Assembly: GCA_963771175.1 (NCBI GenBank)
Contig: CAVYSY010000027.1
Location: forward strand, 79,932 to 143,931
Direction: 5' to 3'
Length of the DNA stretch: 64,000 nt
From: an uncultured delta proteobacterium
Lineage (GTDB): Bacteria > Myxococcota > Myxococcia > Myxococcales > Myxococcaceae
Below the pieces are notes generated by a model that was not told the origin of the DNA, searched no databases, and was given only the letters and a program-made list of their open reading frames with translations. Position 1 is the first letter of the stretch. The number at the start of each line of letters is the position of its first letter. Positions 63,169-64,000 of this stretch are shown in pieces. The position numbers were made by a program, and so were the translations under genes.

Positions 63169-64000
63169 ATGGCCCGTCACCTGCCGCTGGACCATTTCTG
63201 CCCCTGGCGCGAGGAGGCCGAGGAGCTGCGCGAGCGGCTGACGGCGCTGGAGGCCAAGACGACCGCCCTGGAGCGGCACGTCTTCGGCAGGAAGGCCGAG
63301 CGGCTGCCGGGAGTCCAGCAGCTGCTGCGACGCGAGCAGGCCGGCGAAGACACCGAGGCACGCCGGCGGCAAGCACTGGACAAGCGCCGCCAGCGTGCGG
63401 CGCGCCGGGCCGAGGCTCCCACCCGGCAGGTACACCACCTCGTCCCCGAGGCGCAGCGCATGTGCCCCGCGTGCGGAAGCGACGAGCTCAAGCCGCTGGG
63501 GCAGGGACGCACCACGGTGGTGTACGAGTACATTCCGGCCCGCTTCGAGCGACAGGTGCACGTGCAAGAGAGGCTGGCGTGCGCGTGCGGCAAGGGCGTG
63601 GTGACAGCGCCCCCGCCGCCGAAGGTGGTGGACAGGGCGAGTACGGGCCCGGTTTCATTGCCCACGTGGTGGGCTCCAAGTGCGCCGACTCCATGCCCTT
63701 GCATCGCCTGGCGCAGAGGCTGGAGCGCGGCGGCGTGCCCATGAGTCGCAGCACGTTGACGGACTTGTTCCACCTGGCCGCCGAGGTGCTGTCGCCCGTT
63801 TCCGTGCGCCTGTTGCAACACATTGCTCGTGCCGAGGTGGTGTGGGCTGACGAGACGCCCTTGCGCGTGTTGGACGTGAAGAAGACGAGCCTGGGCTACC
63901 TGTGGACATTCCTCACCTGGAATGAAAAGGGCGAGTGGCTCATTGGCTACCGCTTCAGCATGGGCCGCGCGGGCAAGACGCCCAAGGACGTGCTGGGTGT
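63169..64000 (+). CDS. tnpC: IS66 transposase TnpC (partial, frameshift near 63640)
   Basis: FGRKAE, zinc finger CPACG, WADETP, GYLWTF. Confidence 0.9.

Larger units (their letters stand above)
62366..64000 (+). mobile_element. IS66-family element (runs off window)
   Basis: Probable GTA left end followed by tnpA-tnpB-tnpC. Confidence 0.88.

Overview
High-GC myxobacterial chromosome (Archangiaceae/Cystobacterineae-like, judged from paralogous families: DUF2378, DUF2381, TIGR02266 PilZ, Che6-type operon, SitA-type toxin). About 1-51.4 kb is mostly housekeeping and signalling: trpF, stand-alone PolB, gpmA, OPT and ABC transporters, RIO kinase, crtI-like gene, GH1, two chemosensory clusters and a PilZ pair. 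Small accessory inserts there include an ABC-ATPase/TOPRIM pair, a lipoprotein pair with a JAB-like motif, and a ~1170-aa repeat protein behind a sigma28-like promoter. About 51.8-64 kb is a mobile/conflict hotspot. A Tox-REase-5/Imm52 lipoprotein toxin cassette has its lipobox split by an ISAzo13 element. A tmRNA-like 3' att remnant follows, then an island with a 129-bp MITE, a DNA adenine methyltransferase-HerA-NurA operon (best candidate for an undescribed defence system), a low-GC PD-(D/E)xK nuclease, an ISKra4 remnant and an IS66. Many genes have clustered single-base indels that look like assembly error, so frameshifted coordinates are approximate.
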